From positions 96,001 to 160,000 of the forward strand of contig JAWBTQ010000001.1 of the NCBI GenBank assembly GCA_038841535.1: a DNA stretch of 64,000 nucleotides. The letters are read 5' to 3'. Shown here piece by piece: positions 30,656-40,102 of the stretch. Numbering within the stretch: the stretch's first letter is position 1; each line of letters opens with the position of its first letter. Made by a program: the position numbers and the translations under genes. The notes beneath the pieces were generated by a model. The model was not told the DNA's origin and made no database searches. It worked only from the letters and a program-made list of their open reading frames with translations. This stretch comes from Sulfolobales archaeon. GTDB taxonomy: Archaea > Thermoproteota > Thermoprotei_A > Sulfolobales > NBVN01.

Positions 30656-32266
30656 CTAGAGAGTTGAAGACCTTAGCACTAGAGCGTAAACATCTACCAG
30701 ACCGTAGCCGCTCTCTTGATCGTAGCCTGGGGAGCCTAGGTCTAACGCTGTAGACCTGGTTACCTCCATCATTTGCGCAGGTGTCAGCTTCTGCCTACCT
30801 GAAGCAAGCCTCATTGCTTGAGCTAGTGCGATGGCGGCTGATACGTGTGGGCAGGCCATACTGGTACCGCTTGCTACGACATGTCTGTTTCCTGGCCACG
30901 TCGATAGTACCCCGGACCCTGGAGCCACTACGTCCGGGTTCCTATTGCTCCAGCTAGGAACGCTATAGTACTTGTCAACCGCTCCAACCGCAATTACCTC
31001 GGGGTAACACGCAGGGCAGAGCGGGGTTGAGCCACCGGAGTTGCCGGCTGCTGCAACTAAAACTACTCCAGCACTATAAGCATACCTAATCGCATCATAC
31101 AGTACAGAGCTAGAGCCCCCACCAAAAGACATCGAAATAACGTCAGCATCGTCATCTGTGCCAACTACTCCATCGGGTCCCTTCACTGCCTCAACTATAC
31201 CTCTAGCTATGTCGCTCGCGTACCCCCTCCCCGAGGAGTCGAGGACTCTCACTGCGTAGAGGACTACCTTAGGTGCGACACCGGCAATACCCCAGTTGTT
31301 GAGTCTAGCGGCGGCTATCCCGGCTACGTGTGTTCCATGCCCGTTCGGGTCAGCACACTGAGATATGTCGCTACCTCTGTAGAGAGTGCCGCTTAACGAA
31401 GCAACACACCACACTACAGCGCCGGCGAGGTCTTGATGTGTGTAGTCTATACCTGTGTCCACTATGGCTAGCTGAACGGCTACACTATATCCGTATGCTG
31501 AGTCACCGTACTGAGTGCTCATTGCCCAGACCTTAGTTGCGTTAATTATCTGGACGTTCCACCCGATTGTGTCGTTATACGTTGTTGAGTCCGAGGGTGG
31601 GCTCGGGGTCTCTGGAGTGGGTGCCACCACTTTTACAGTTACGGTAGCTGATGCGTAAACGGAACCCCCACCGCTAGAGTCTACTACTGCTAGTGTCCAG
31701 CTGTAGGTGCCCGCCGTACTCGGTGCTGTAAACCCTAGCTTCCCTGAGTAGCTGAAACCCGCTGGTAAAGCTATGGTGTCCGTCCTAGCGACAGCTACAC
31801 CTCTTTCATTTCGTAACTCTACAACAACTAGGACGTCCACCTTACCTACGTTCTTGATAGTGAAGTACACCTCACCCTGATCCTCTACCGCAATTGTGAG
31901 CTCCTTTGTGTAGTCAGCTATACTTACTCTAGGCTTACTAACTCCCGAAGACTTACTAGAAGACTTACTACCCAACTCAAGCACTACGTCTTCCTCAACG
32001 TACCTAGTGAAGGAGAACCCTCGAATGTGGTCGACAGAGTTCTTCGATACTGACAGCACTATAACTCCTATCTCAGGTATCTCTCTTTCTATCGACCCAA
32101 ACTGCCCTAAGACGGCTTTAACCTTTCCTAGGTCGAACTCTTGATGCACACCTACTACCGCTCTGACCCTAGTGACGGGGGCAGCTTCACCGATAGTCGA
32201 GAGTACGAACACGGCCACTAAGACGATTAAAACTAACACAATGATTCTCCCCACCGTACCCACCAA
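30656..32266 (-). CDS. Secreted S8 subtilisin-like serine protease
   Basis: Signal peptide, I9-like propeptide (YVEED), catalytic IVDTG, GHGTHVAG, AAAGN, SGTSMACPH. Confidence 0.95.
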   Translation of the reverse strand: MVGTVGRIIVLVLIVLVAVFVLSTIGEAAPVTRVRAVVGVHQEFDLGKVKAVLGQFGSIEREIPEIGVIVLSVSKNSVDHIRGFSFTRYVEEDVVLELGSKSSSKSSGVSKPRVSIADYTKELTIAVEDQGEVYFTIKNVGKVDVLVVVELRNERGVAVARTDTIALPAGFSYSGKLGFTAPSTAGTYSWTLAVVDSSGGGSVYASATVTVKVVAPTPETPSPPSDSTTYNDTIGWNVQIINATKVWAMSTQYGDSAYGYSVAVQLAIVDTGIDYTHQDLAGAVVWCVASLSGTLYRGSDISQCADPNGHGTHVAGIAAARLNNWGIAGVAPKVVLYAVRVLDSSGRGYASDIARGIVEAVKGPDGVVGTDDDADVISMSFGGGSSSVLYDAIRYAYSAGVVLVAAAGNSGGSTPLCPACYPEVIAVGAVDKYYSVPSWSNRNPDVVAPGSGVLSTWPGNRHVVASGTSMACPHVSAAIALAQAMRLASGRQKLTPAQMMEVTRSTALDLGSPGYDQESGYGLVDVYALVLRSSTL

Positions 32267-32478
32267 CTAATGAAGAGCTATCGTTCTATTACCACCTCAT
32301 TACAGTCCTCAAGCTTGCTGCTACGGCTTCGCATTTTAGGGCTTAATTACTTTTTCTGGAGGCAGAATCTTAAACGATGAAATACGCTTATATATGCCCT
32401 CATGTCCCCTACGACGTGTCCTCAGGAATCCGAGCGAACCTGTGTGGTGTTTAAGTGTACTAGAGCTACTAGCCTAGA

Positions 32479-32740
32479 CCGTTTCCCGCCCTAGGTTTCT
32501 GTAGGTTTTCCTAGGGTGGGTTGCGCCTCCTGCTCCACGCTTCACCGTGGCTACCAGCCACTCTACGCAGGTGTCATGGGCACCTTTCGAGCCCAACGGC
32601 ACGGGGCTCACATCTAGCCCGATCCCTGGGTGGCTCGGATCACTACTCTCATCACCACCCAGACTCACCCAAACACCTACACAAACACAAACCCCACAAA
32701 AACCCTTAAAAACTTAACGCATCAAAGCAGTTGTCAACCC
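32479..32740 (-). mobile_element. Apparently complete non-autonomous IS607-like mini-element with omegaRNA-like scaffold (type A, copy 2)
   Basis: TATA-like TTTTTAAG, GT-rich leader, hairpins GAGCCC/GGGCTC and GTGGCT/AGCCAC, AAACCTA repeats, ends GGAAACGG; translates as a TnpB-tail-like DVSPVPLGSKGAHD..EWLVATVKRGA. Confidence 0.75.
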
Positions 32741-32746
32741 TGATAG

Positions 32747-32845
32747 TGCGGGGGGTGGGATTTGAACCCACGCAGGCCTACGCCATCGGGGTTCCCACTC
32801 TAGGTCCTGAGCCCGACCCCTTTGACCTGGCTCGGGCACCCCCGC
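32747..32845 (-). tRNA. tRNA-Leu(CAG) with a 14-nt intron at 37/38 (32792-32805)
   Basis: GCGGGGG acceptor, UCGGG-CU-CAG-G[ACCUAGAGUGGGAA]C-CCCGA, long variable arm; CUCA/UGGG central helix of a BHB motif. Confidence 0.95.
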
Positions 32846-32960
32846 ACCATTAGATGTTAGTTAATGCGGGGTTATAAGTTTCTATTCGGTTGCTCGATGG
32901 ATTGCGGTCTTTAACGAGAGTTATATAAATTAACGAAGGATTATAGTACCAGGGCTCTAA

Positions 32961-34349
32961 ATGAGCTCCAAGAGGCTTTTTGGAACCGATGGAGTTAGAG
33001 GAGTAGTGAATGTCGATCTAACTCCTGAAGTAGTTTTAAGGCTCGCGCTAGCTATTGGAACGTACTTCCGCCCTGGGTCGAGACTAGTTGTCGGTTCAGA
33101 TGTGAGAGCTGGTAACAGCTTTTTAACTAAGATAGTAATCGGTGGCTTAATTTCTACTGGAGTAAAAGTAGTTAACGCTGGTCTAGCACCTACACCAGCT
33201 CTTCAATTCTACGTGAAGTCTAGAGGATTCGATGGCGGTATAGTAGTTACAGCGTCCCACAACCCACCTGAGTACAGTGGCATAAAGGTAGTAATGCCCG
33301 ATGGAGTTGAGGCACCACGCAAGGTTGAGGAAGAACTTGAGGAGATATACTATGAAAACAGATTTAGGAGAGTGCCGTGGCGTGATGTCTCGGGCGATGT
33401 CACGAGAGTTTACGATGTAGTCGATCATTACTTGAATAACATAGTTGAGCTTGTCGATAAAGCGAGAATACGTGAGTCCGGCTTGAAAGTCGTTGTCGAC
33501 CCTGCTAACAACGTGGGGGCTCTAGCTACACCTAAGTTGTTGAGAACTCTAGGAGTTAGAGTAGTCGTTATAAACGGTGACTTAAGCTATACACCTTCTA
33601 GGAGTCCGGAGCCTGCTCCAGAGAACATCGAAGACCTTATTTCCGTAGTTAAGGCTGTCGGCGCTGATCTCGGTGTCGCCCACGATGGTGACGCAGATAG
33701 AGCCATATTCGTTGCTGATGGTGGCCTCTACATACCTGGAGACTTATCGGCATTACTACTATGTAAACACATAGTGGAAAACCGAAGAGAGGTCACGCCC
33801 CCTAGGGTAGTTACTGCGGTTTCTAGCTCTACACTAGTTAGTAAAGCACTATCGGCATACGGGATCGAGGTCGTCTGGACTAAGGTTGGGAGTATAGTCA
33901 TATCGAGAACTATGATGGAGCTTGGAGCTATAGCTGGCTTTGAAGAGAACGGAGGCTTTATGTACCCAAAGCACCAGTACGTGCGGGATGGAGCTATGAG
34001 CCTGGCTTTAATGGTGGAACTACTTAGCTACGAAAAAACCTCTCTATCGAGTTTACTCGAAACACTACCGAGGAGGCACGTGGTTAAGAAGAAGGTGTAC
34101 GTTAACAGGGAGTTATTGCCGAAGGTTTACGAAAAAATAAAAAGTAGGTTTAGTGAGGTAGAGTTTATTGATATAGACGGCCTCAAGGGTATCTCAAGTA
34201 GGTACTGGTTTTTAGTGAGACCAAGCGGTACTGAACCTTTAGTAAGAGTTTTTGTTGAAGCCGATGAAGAACTACTTGTCAACGAGATATTAAAAGAGTT
34301 ACTAGACATTTTTGTAGAGGTGTACGGAAGTGAGGTACGTGTTGCTTAA
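32961..34349 (+). CDS. glmM: Phosphoglucosamine mutase / phosphohexomutase
   Basis: LFGTDGVRG, TASHNP, DGDADR, GFEENGG, RPSGTEP. Confidence 0.9.
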   Translation: MSSKRLFGTDGVRGVVNVDLTPEVVLRLALAIGTYFRPGSRLVVGSDVRAGNSFLTKIVIGGLISTGVKVVNAGLAPTPALQFYVKSRGFDGGIVVTASHNPPEYSGIKVVMPDGVEAPRKVEEELEEIYYENRFRRVPWRDVSGDVTRVYDVVDHYLNNIVELVDKARIRESGLKVVVDPANNVGALATPKLLRTLGVRVVVINGDLSYTPSRSPEPAPENIEDLISVVKAVGADLGVAHDGDADRAIFVADGGLYIPGDLSALLLCKHIVENRREVTPPRVVTAVSSSTLVSKALSAYGIEVVWTKVGSIVISRTMMELGAIAGFEENGGFMYPKHQYVRDGAMSLALMVELLSYEKTSLSSLLETLPRRHVVKKKVYVNRELLPKVYEKIKSRFSEVEFIDIDGLKGISSRYWFLVRPSGTEPLVRVFVEADEELLVNEILKELLDIFVEVYGSEVRVA

Positions 34350-34737
34350 TCTACTCGCTTGCCCTATGTGCAAGAGCTTCCCGCTAAAGTTACTAGTCTT
34401 TGAAGAGGGAGTTATAGATAAGAAGCTCAGTGTTAAAACTCCCTTCTGCGATCTCTACTGCGGGCTGAAGAGTTCTTACTTAAAAGACCTTAAAGTAGAG
34501 GAACTGAACTGCAGTGAGTGCGTTAAACACGATGTTCTCTGGGGTATACTTCACTGCTCTAACTGCGGGAGATGGTATCCCGTGATCGACGGGATACCCT
34601 TTATGTACCCAGACGACTTGAGGGCAAAGCCTAGGATTAAGAGTAAGGAAGAGCAATTTATTAGTAGGTATGCCGATAAGATACCTCTCGAAATAACCGA
34701 AAAAGATCCTCTGAAAATATTAAGGCCTAAAACCTAA
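34330..34737 (+). CDS. Trm112-like protein (zinc-binding, extended)
   Basis: LLACPMCK.FPL and CSNCGRWYPVIDGIP motifs. Confidence 0.85.
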   Translation: MRYVLLNLLACPMCKSFPLKLLVFEEGVIDKKLSVKTPFCDLYCGLKSSYLKDLKVEELNCSECVKHDVLWGILHCSNCGRWYPVIDGIPFMYPDDLRAKPRIKSKEEQFISRYADKIPLEITEKDPLKILRPKT

Positions 34738-35158
34738 ACATAGCTGCTCTAGGAACTCCGTCCACGTAGATTACGCGTATCTTGGTAATTAGCTCAACAC
34801 CTCCTACAACCTCTAACTCTCTCCTCAGGGACTGTAGAGCAGTCAATTTGTTGTTCAAGTTCTCTACAGCAACCTCGAGAGCTGTTTGCTCCTGCTCTGC
34901 CGTAGGATTAAATATGAGTGTTAAGCCTCTGAGGGAGACGGTGTTAGTTACTACTTCAGATTTTACCCCCAGCTTCCCTAAGAGCTCCTTGATCTTCTTT
35001 TCTTGTTCAGCCTTTATTCTCAGCTCTTCGAGTTTCTTTAAAAGATCTCCCATCCTCCTCCTAAGCTCGGCAATATCTTCGTCTATATCCTTAATGAACT
35101 CTGCGACACTATTGAACTCTCTAATCTCTGTAGAGGCGAGGTCTTTATGTGAAGACAT
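34727..35158 (-). CDS. Hypothetical coiled-coil protein
   Basis: Heptad-rich helices flanking a short beta segment; terminal YVDGVP. Confidence 0.7.
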   Translation of the reverse strand: MSSHKDLASTEIREFNSVAEFIKDIDEDIAELRRRMGDLLKKLEELRIKAEQEKKIKELLGKLGVKSEVVTNTVSLRGLTLIFNPTAEQEQTALEVAVENLNNKLTALQSLRRELEVVGGVELITKIRVIYVDGVPRAAMFRF

Positions 35159-35390
35159 AGCTACACCGATATAAGATTAACCCTGAGTATTTATATACAC
35201 TAAATATTGAAGTACTAGGAATAAGACTATTTTCACTTGATTGCGGGACGTGGTCACTCTAGACCTAACTTAAGCTGATATCACCTTCTCGCCGTCATAA
35301 ACAGCTCTAATCCACAGTTAGAGTTAATAACGCATGTGCTAATCTCTCAATGACCTATCACATCGGCTCGCTATTACCGTGGTTTAAAAC

Positions 35391-35747
35391 CTATAAGAGC
35401 TTGAGTTTACCCGTAATTCTGTCCAATAGCTCGCTAGGAGCGGGTCCTAAACCAACAGCAGTTAGAGTTCCGGGGGGTAGCTCTGTGAGGCCTGCGTCGT
35501 GTATTATGGCTGTAGGTATTCCGACTTTTTGTGCTTCAATAGCATACTTTAAGAGCTCTACTTCAGATGAAACCTTTACTACTACTTTCTTCTGTCCTTC
35601 GGTTATCCACTCTTTAAACCAACCTGGGTTACTGCTCATTGCTTCTAGTGCCGCGGCTACCGATGCGTGTGCAACTTGAACTGCTAGCTTTCCCTTACTC
35701 ATCTTCAAGTCTGACCTAACTATAATGACTTGCTTCATTTTGCTCAC
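35391..35747 (-). CDS. pth2: Peptidyl-tRNA hydrolase Pth2
   Basis: KQVIIVRSDLKMSKGKLAVQVAHA, GQKKVVVK, DAGLTELPPGT, GPAP. Confidence 0.96.
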   Translation of the reverse strand: MSKMKQVIIVRSDLKMSKGKLAVQVAHASVAAALEAMSSNPGWFKEWITEGQKKVVVKVSSEVELLKYAIEAQKVGIPTAIIHDAGLTELPPGTLTAVGLGPAPSELLDRITGKLKLL

Positions 35748-36061
35748 TTACTCAGAGCTGCTATTAGTTTATCGACGATGTTTCTGCTGTAGTCAGCTAT
35801 ACACCTATTATGGCAATAGGGGTCTAGCACACCGTTTCTACTGCACTTCTCGCGGCATGCTGCTTCAAACGTGTATGTATCTACTTCAAGAATGAAGAAG
35901 CCAGGGTTTTGCGGGAGACTCCTAACTTTAACTAGAGACCTAAGGTCGCCAATGACCTTTACTATCTCTCTAATAGCCTCCTGTTTGCTTTTGTCGAATA
36001 TGTAGAAACCGTATCTTTTAAGAGCCTCAATAACTTCAGCTCTTACATCTTGAGAGTCCAT
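35744..36061 (-). CDS. Hypothetical protein with four C-terminal Cys
   Basis: C-x3-C...C-x3-C; ATGA overlap with pth2. Confidence 0.65.
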   Translation of the reverse strand: MDSQDVRAEVIEALKRYGFYIFDKSKQEAIREIVKVIGDLRSLVKVRSLPQNPGFFILEVDTYTFEAACREKCSRNGVLDPYCHNRCIADYSRNIVDKLIAALSK

Positions 36062-36455
36062 ACCTCTTCACCGGTAGTTTAAGTAAGTCTACAACGCACT
36101 TAATTATGCTGTAGGCTTGGCTCTGGTCTATATGGCACTCAATTAATCTTATCTTAAGCTTTCTGTAGACAGCTTTAAATACGACAGTACCCGCTGAGCT
36201 GTAGACAGTGACGTCTCCCCTAACTTTCCTTCTCGGATTCCTCCTCACGTCCAAGGCTACGAGGAAGGTCCCGGGAGGTATCTCAACGAGTGCGTCGTAG
36301 GCTTCACCCTTAGCATAAGTAGGTTTAACCCCGGCTTTATCTAATACCCGCGAGGTGACCTTTATACAGTCCTTACTAATAGTGAAGTAAGTAGAGATCC
36401 TCATGTGTAAGCCGCTTCTGCTAACGGACTTCTCGACTCTTACTTTAGTTTCCAA
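36036..36455 (-). CDS. Conserved hypothetical basic protein (start uncertain)
   Basis: VEKSVSRSGLH, PTY.KG, AVYRKLKIR; packed in an operon with pth2. Confidence 0.65.
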   Translation of the reverse strand: METKVRVEKSVSRSGLHMRISTYFTISKDCIKVTSRVLDKAGVKPTYAKGEAYDALVEIPPGTFLVALDVRRNPRRKVRGDVTVYSSAGTVVFKAVYRKLKIRLIECHIDQSQAYSIIKCVVDLLKLPVKRYGLSRCKS

Positions 36456-36696
36456 CGCATCGAACCTCGAGGACGTTGCCTTTCTGCTCGAAACTAATAT
36501 TACCTGAAACCTTAACAACTATAGCTGCCTCAAATTCAGCAAAAGATATATCAGTTGAGCACTCGCTTGCGTACACTCTAACGTGCTTGATCGACTCTGC
36601 GAGTACTTCTCTTTTTAGCATACCTGTATCGTCAAACAGCCGTATTTCGGTGTTCCCCTCTTTACCCATATACAGCACTAACACACTTGAACTCAA
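36445..36696 (-). CDS. Small hypothetical protein
   Basis: Co-oriented and overlapping with the downstream gene; beta-rich sequence. Confidence 0.5.
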   Translation of the reverse strand: MSSSVLVLYMGKEGNTEIRLFDDTGMLKREVLAESIKHVRVYASECSTDISFAEFEAAIVVKVSGNISFEQKGNVLEVRCVGN

Positions 36697-36793
36697 ACAG
36701 TTGCCCCTATCAATTCCTCAGTGCTGATTAAAGCTTTGAGTACAGATAAACTAGAGAAAGCTATTCTTTTACTGTGATTCACCAGCGATCGGA

Positions 36794-37243
36794 GTGATTC
36801 CCGTGGAATCATCCTACCTGTTAGTCTTCAAGATATGCGGCAGACTGAGAGTAGAAATAGCGAGAGATAGCTGGTTTTTAGATGATGGGTACTATGCGTA
36901 CTTAGGCTCAGCCCGCTTAATGAGGCCATACTCTAGAATTCTAAGACACTTCACCCCTGCTAAAAGGATTCGATGGCACATAGATCGGGTAACGTCGAGC
37001 TATAAAACTCGACCGATAGCTGGCATATTACTGTACGGTGTATCCGAAGATTCCCTCTACAATGCGGTCTTCAGCAGCAGAATGTTTGAAGCTACTATCC
37101 CAAAGTTTGGCTCGACTGACAGGAGAAACCACTTCACACATCTCTTTAAAATCTCTTACTTCAGAGTTCCGGACATCTTTAGAGAGATCGCGTCTATAGC
37201 TGAAAACCTAGGAACTTACCTAGTCGAGTTCATATTCACGTAG
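36794..37243 (+). CDS. DUF123 / GIY-YIG (Uri) family putative nuclease
   Basis: SYLL, GYYAYLGSA, RILRH, RWHID, FGSTD, THLF. Confidence 0.85.
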   Translation: MIPVESSYLLVFKICGRLRVEIARDSWFLDDGYYAYLGSARLMRPYSRILRHFTPAKRIRWHIDRVTSSYKTRPIAGILLYGVSEDSLYNAVFSSRMFEATIPKFGSTDRRNHFTHLFKISYFRVPDIFREIASIAENLGTYLVEFIFT

Positions 37244-37426
37244 TCATAATATCTTAAATAAGGTGTTAGGTATCGGTAGACTTATACTGCTCTCCGCTCG
37301 TTTGCGGAGGTCCTGGAGGACGATTGAAGTAGCCTCTATTTAGAGCTCTCCTTTAGGTCTTAGTTACAGATAAGCTTAAAAACCCTACTACGACTTAAGT
37401 ACGCAAAACAGACAGAGTTGGAACGT

Positions 37427-37870
37427 ATGTCGGAGGGTAAGTTAAAGGTATTGGAACTAAAACCGGGAATGGAAAAAGTATCCATTCTCGTAAGAGTAAT
37501 AGATCCAGGAGAAGTGAGGAGAATCACCACAAGAGCTGGAGAGAGAACGATTCGAGAAGCAACTGTTGGCGACGAGAGCGGTAGAGTGAAGCTGGTAATG
37601 TGGGGTAGGTCTATTAAGTCCTTAACTCGTGGAGACGTAGTTGAGGTTTCGGGAGCTTGGACTACAGTATTCAAGGGTAAGGTACAGCTTAATGTTGGTG
37701 GTTCTGAGAACGTTAAGGTCGTTGAAGACTCTGGCGAACTACCTTCAGCCGAAGATATCCCTGAAGAAGAGCCTAAAGCTGAAGGTGAAGTACCTAGGAG
37801 GCCTAGGCATAGAGGCTTTCAGCAGAGGAGGAGTAGGTTCGGTAGAAGTAGAGGCGATGAATTTGAGTGA
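37427..37870 (+). CDS. ssb: Single-stranded DNA-binding protein (crenarchaeal single OB fold)
   Basis: ELKPGME, VGDESGRVKLVMWG, AWTTVFKGKVQLN, Arg/Gly-rich then acidic tail. Confidence 0.92.
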   Translation: MSEGKLKVLELKPGMEKVSILVRVIDPGEVRRITTRAGERTIREATVGDESGRVKLVMWGRSIKSLTRGDVVEVSGAWTTVFKGKVQLNVGGSENVKVVEDSGELPSAEDIPEEEPKAEGEVPRRPRHRGFQQRRSRFGRSRGDEFE

Positions 37871-38201
37871 AGAGCATGAAGCTCCAAAACAGTCAGACTA
37901 TATATCACTATATGATAGCATCGTAGACAGAAAACCCGTAAAGCAGGGTGCTGATGTGGGACTAAGTGGCGAGGAGTATATAGTAAGCCTAGGAGAGGAC
38001 AAAGTCTTTGCTCTAGCTCCAGCAGCTTACTATATATGGAACCTCTGCGATGGATTGAGGTCCGTTGGAGACATACTAGAGAAGGTAAAGTCAGACCTAA
38101 AGGAAAGCGGTGAAGAGGGGCTAGAGGAAGTAGAACTTAAGCAAATACTCGCCATGGTTCTCTCCGAATTAAATAGTGTAGGCTTAATCAGTTGGACGTA
38201 G
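37857..38201 (+). CDS. PqqD/RRE-like small protein (start ATG 37857)
   Basis: VFALAPAAYYIWNLCDGLRSVGDI...LSELNSVGLI matches the PqqD winged-helix pattern. Confidence 0.75.
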   Translation: MNLSEEHEAPKQSDYISLYDSIVDRKPVKQGADVGLSGEEYIVSLGEDKVFALAPAAYYIWNLCDGLRSVGDILEKVKSDLKESGEEGLEEVELKQILAMVLSELNSVGLISWT

Positions 38202-38248
38202 CAAGCAAGATATACTACTTGCTCTAATAGGCTTCTCAATAACGTTTT

Positions 38249-39730
38249 TTAGTCGAACTCTCTTGGCTTAATCATGGGGAAGGGCACTACTTCCTTAATA
38301 GAGTTTACTCCAGTATATACCATCACTAGTCTATCTATACCCAGACCCAGGCCTCCTGTTGGGGGCATTCCGTGCTCTAAGGCTTCTACGAAATCCCAGT
38401 CGAAGGGGTGCGCCTCGAGGTCTCCGAGGCTTCTTCTAACTTCTTCTTCCTTAAAGTAAGACGCCTGTAGCTCCGGATCATTTAGCTCTGTATAAGCATT
38501 TGCTAGCTCCATCCCCCCTATGTATAGCTCAAATCTCTCAGCAAGGTCTTGTCTGTTCCTGTGGGGTTTTGCTAGAGGTGACGACGACCTCGGGAAATCG
38601 GTAACGAACGTTGGCTGTACCAGGTGCTCTCTGCCGACGACGCGGTCGAATAGCTTCACTATAGCTCGTCCTCTATCGTATCCTCCGGTAAGCCTGATCG
38701 AGTACTTCTCTAAATATTCCTTTATTTTTTCGTCAGGTAGTGCCTCTACGTCTACTCCAGTGAACTCTCTAAAAGCATCGTAGATAGTGACTCTCTTAAA
38801 GGGTGGTGAGAGGCTTACCTTAACTAGGTCCTTACCGACAGGATACTCGACTACGTCAGTTCCTAGAACCTTCCTAGCTACAGTAGATACTAACTCCTCA
38901 GTTAGCCTCATGATGTCGTTGTAGTCTGCGTAAGCCTCGTAAGACTCCATCATAGTAAACTCTGGGTTATGCTCGACATCTATGTCTTCGTTTCTAAAGT
39001 TCTTCCCTATCTCGAAGACTTTGTTGAATCCTGCGACAATAAACCTCTTCAGGTATAGCTCGAGACTAATCCTCAAATACCACTCAGTTTCTAGAGCCCA
39101 CACGTAGGTCTTGAAAGGTCTTGCTGCGGCACCACCATATATTGGCTGAAGAATGGGGGTCTCTACCTCTATGTACCCCTTGCTCCACATGAACTTCCTT
39201 ATCTCTTCGATTGTCTTAAAGCGTATCTCGAAGATCCTCCTAACCTGTGGACTCATCATGATATCCAGGTATCTCTTCCTATACCTAACCTCCGGGTCGA
39301 GGACTCTATGGCCCCACTTAACTGGTGGGCTTCTCAAAGCCTTCGCAAGTAACTGCATCTCTCTAACACCTATCGTTAGCTCACCCTTCTTAGTATAGTA
39401 CAGCAAGCCAGTAACGTAAACAAAATCCCCTAAGTTAATGAACTTATCAAAGAACTCGAAGACCTCCTGGCCAGAGTCTCCCCTAGATATAGAGCACTGT
39501 ATTCTATGACCATCGTCTACTAAGTCGAAGAATATCAAACCACCGTGTCTTCTAATCCCAACAACTCTACCAGCTACTCCAACATTGCTACCGAGAGTCG
39601 GTGACTTAACTATGTCTCGCACTGGGGTAGCTCTGCCCTTAAGGGCGTGAGGATATGGGTTTAGACCTAGCTCAATCAACTTTCTCCTAATATCTCTTCT
39701 AGCATCTACTTCACTACTCACTGCGACCAC
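38249..39730 (-). CDS. lysS: Lysine--tRNA ligase, class II
   Basis: RYRKRYLD, GGAAARPF, ELYLKR, FRNE..HNPEFT, ELANAYTELNDP, GMPPTGGLGLGIDRL. Confidence 0.96.
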   Translation of the reverse strand: MVAVSSEVDARRDIRRKLIELGLNPYPHALKGRATPVRDIVKSPTLGSNVGVAGRVVGIRRHGGLIFFDLVDDGHRIQCSISRGDSGQEVFEFFDKFINLGDFVYVTGLLYYTKKGELTIGVREMQLLAKALRSPPVKWGHRVLDPEVRYRKRYLDIMMSPQVRRIFEIRFKTIEEIRKFMWSKGYIEVETPILQPIYGGAAARPFKTYVWALETEWYLRISLELYLKRFIVAGFNKVFEIGKNFRNEDIDVEHNPEFTMMESYEAYADYNDIMRLTEELVSTVARKVLGTDVVEYPVGKDLVKVSLSPPFKRVTIYDAFREFTGVDVEALPDEKIKEYLEKYSIRLTGGYDRGRAIVKLFDRVVGREHLVQPTFVTDFPRSSSPLAKPHRNRQDLAERFELYIGGMELANAYTELNDPELQASYFKEEEVRRSLGDLEAHPFDWDFVEALEHGMPPTGGLGLGIDRLVMVYTGVNSIKEVVPFPMIKPREFD

Positions 39731-39848
39731 CTGAGTTCCTACTACTGCTTAATTTGCACATCAATTTTATGTAAACTGATGCTATTTTATTGCTTCCATA
39801 GCTTCCAATCTTCTTACATCTCCACTATGGTATACCCCCCTACGTAAC

Positions 39849-39938
39849 GGCCTCAACCACATGGCTTACAGTAGCTATCAGCCACCCTAAGTGAAGTTCA
39901 TGAACGCACCTTTAACTTAATGGCTTTGGGTCCACACT
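39849..39938 (-). repeat. Degenerate third copy of the type A omegaRNA-like scaffold
   Basis: Minus strand TGTGGACCC..GCCATT..AAAGGTGC..CATGA..TAGGGTGGCTGATAGCTACTGT aligns with copy 2 TGTGAGCCC..GCCGTT..AAAGGTGC.CATGA..TAGAGTGGCTGGTAGCCACGGT. Confidence 0.65.
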
Positions 39939-40102
39939 TGCTCGAAGGACCGGCTTAGAGCACCTGATGGAGATCGGCTAACTTTGATTAATCAAACAGC
40001 CGCTGGCTTTAGTGGTGGAATCTGTATGCCACCGGAATCGGTTCACAGAGTTTTCGGCATGTTTATTAAGATGGTCACTAGAATAGATCTCACGGTAGCA
40101 GT

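Noticed and set aside
32474-32668. 64-aa ORF (also 22867-23118 and 57447-57638) as real proteins
   Set aside because: They lie within the repeated structured elements; the homologous copies do not keep a shared start or intact frame, so they are better read as transposon-tail remnants.
38249-39730. Class II LysRS in an archaeon as a recent transfer
   Set aside because: Class II LysRS is established in several crenarchaeal lineages.
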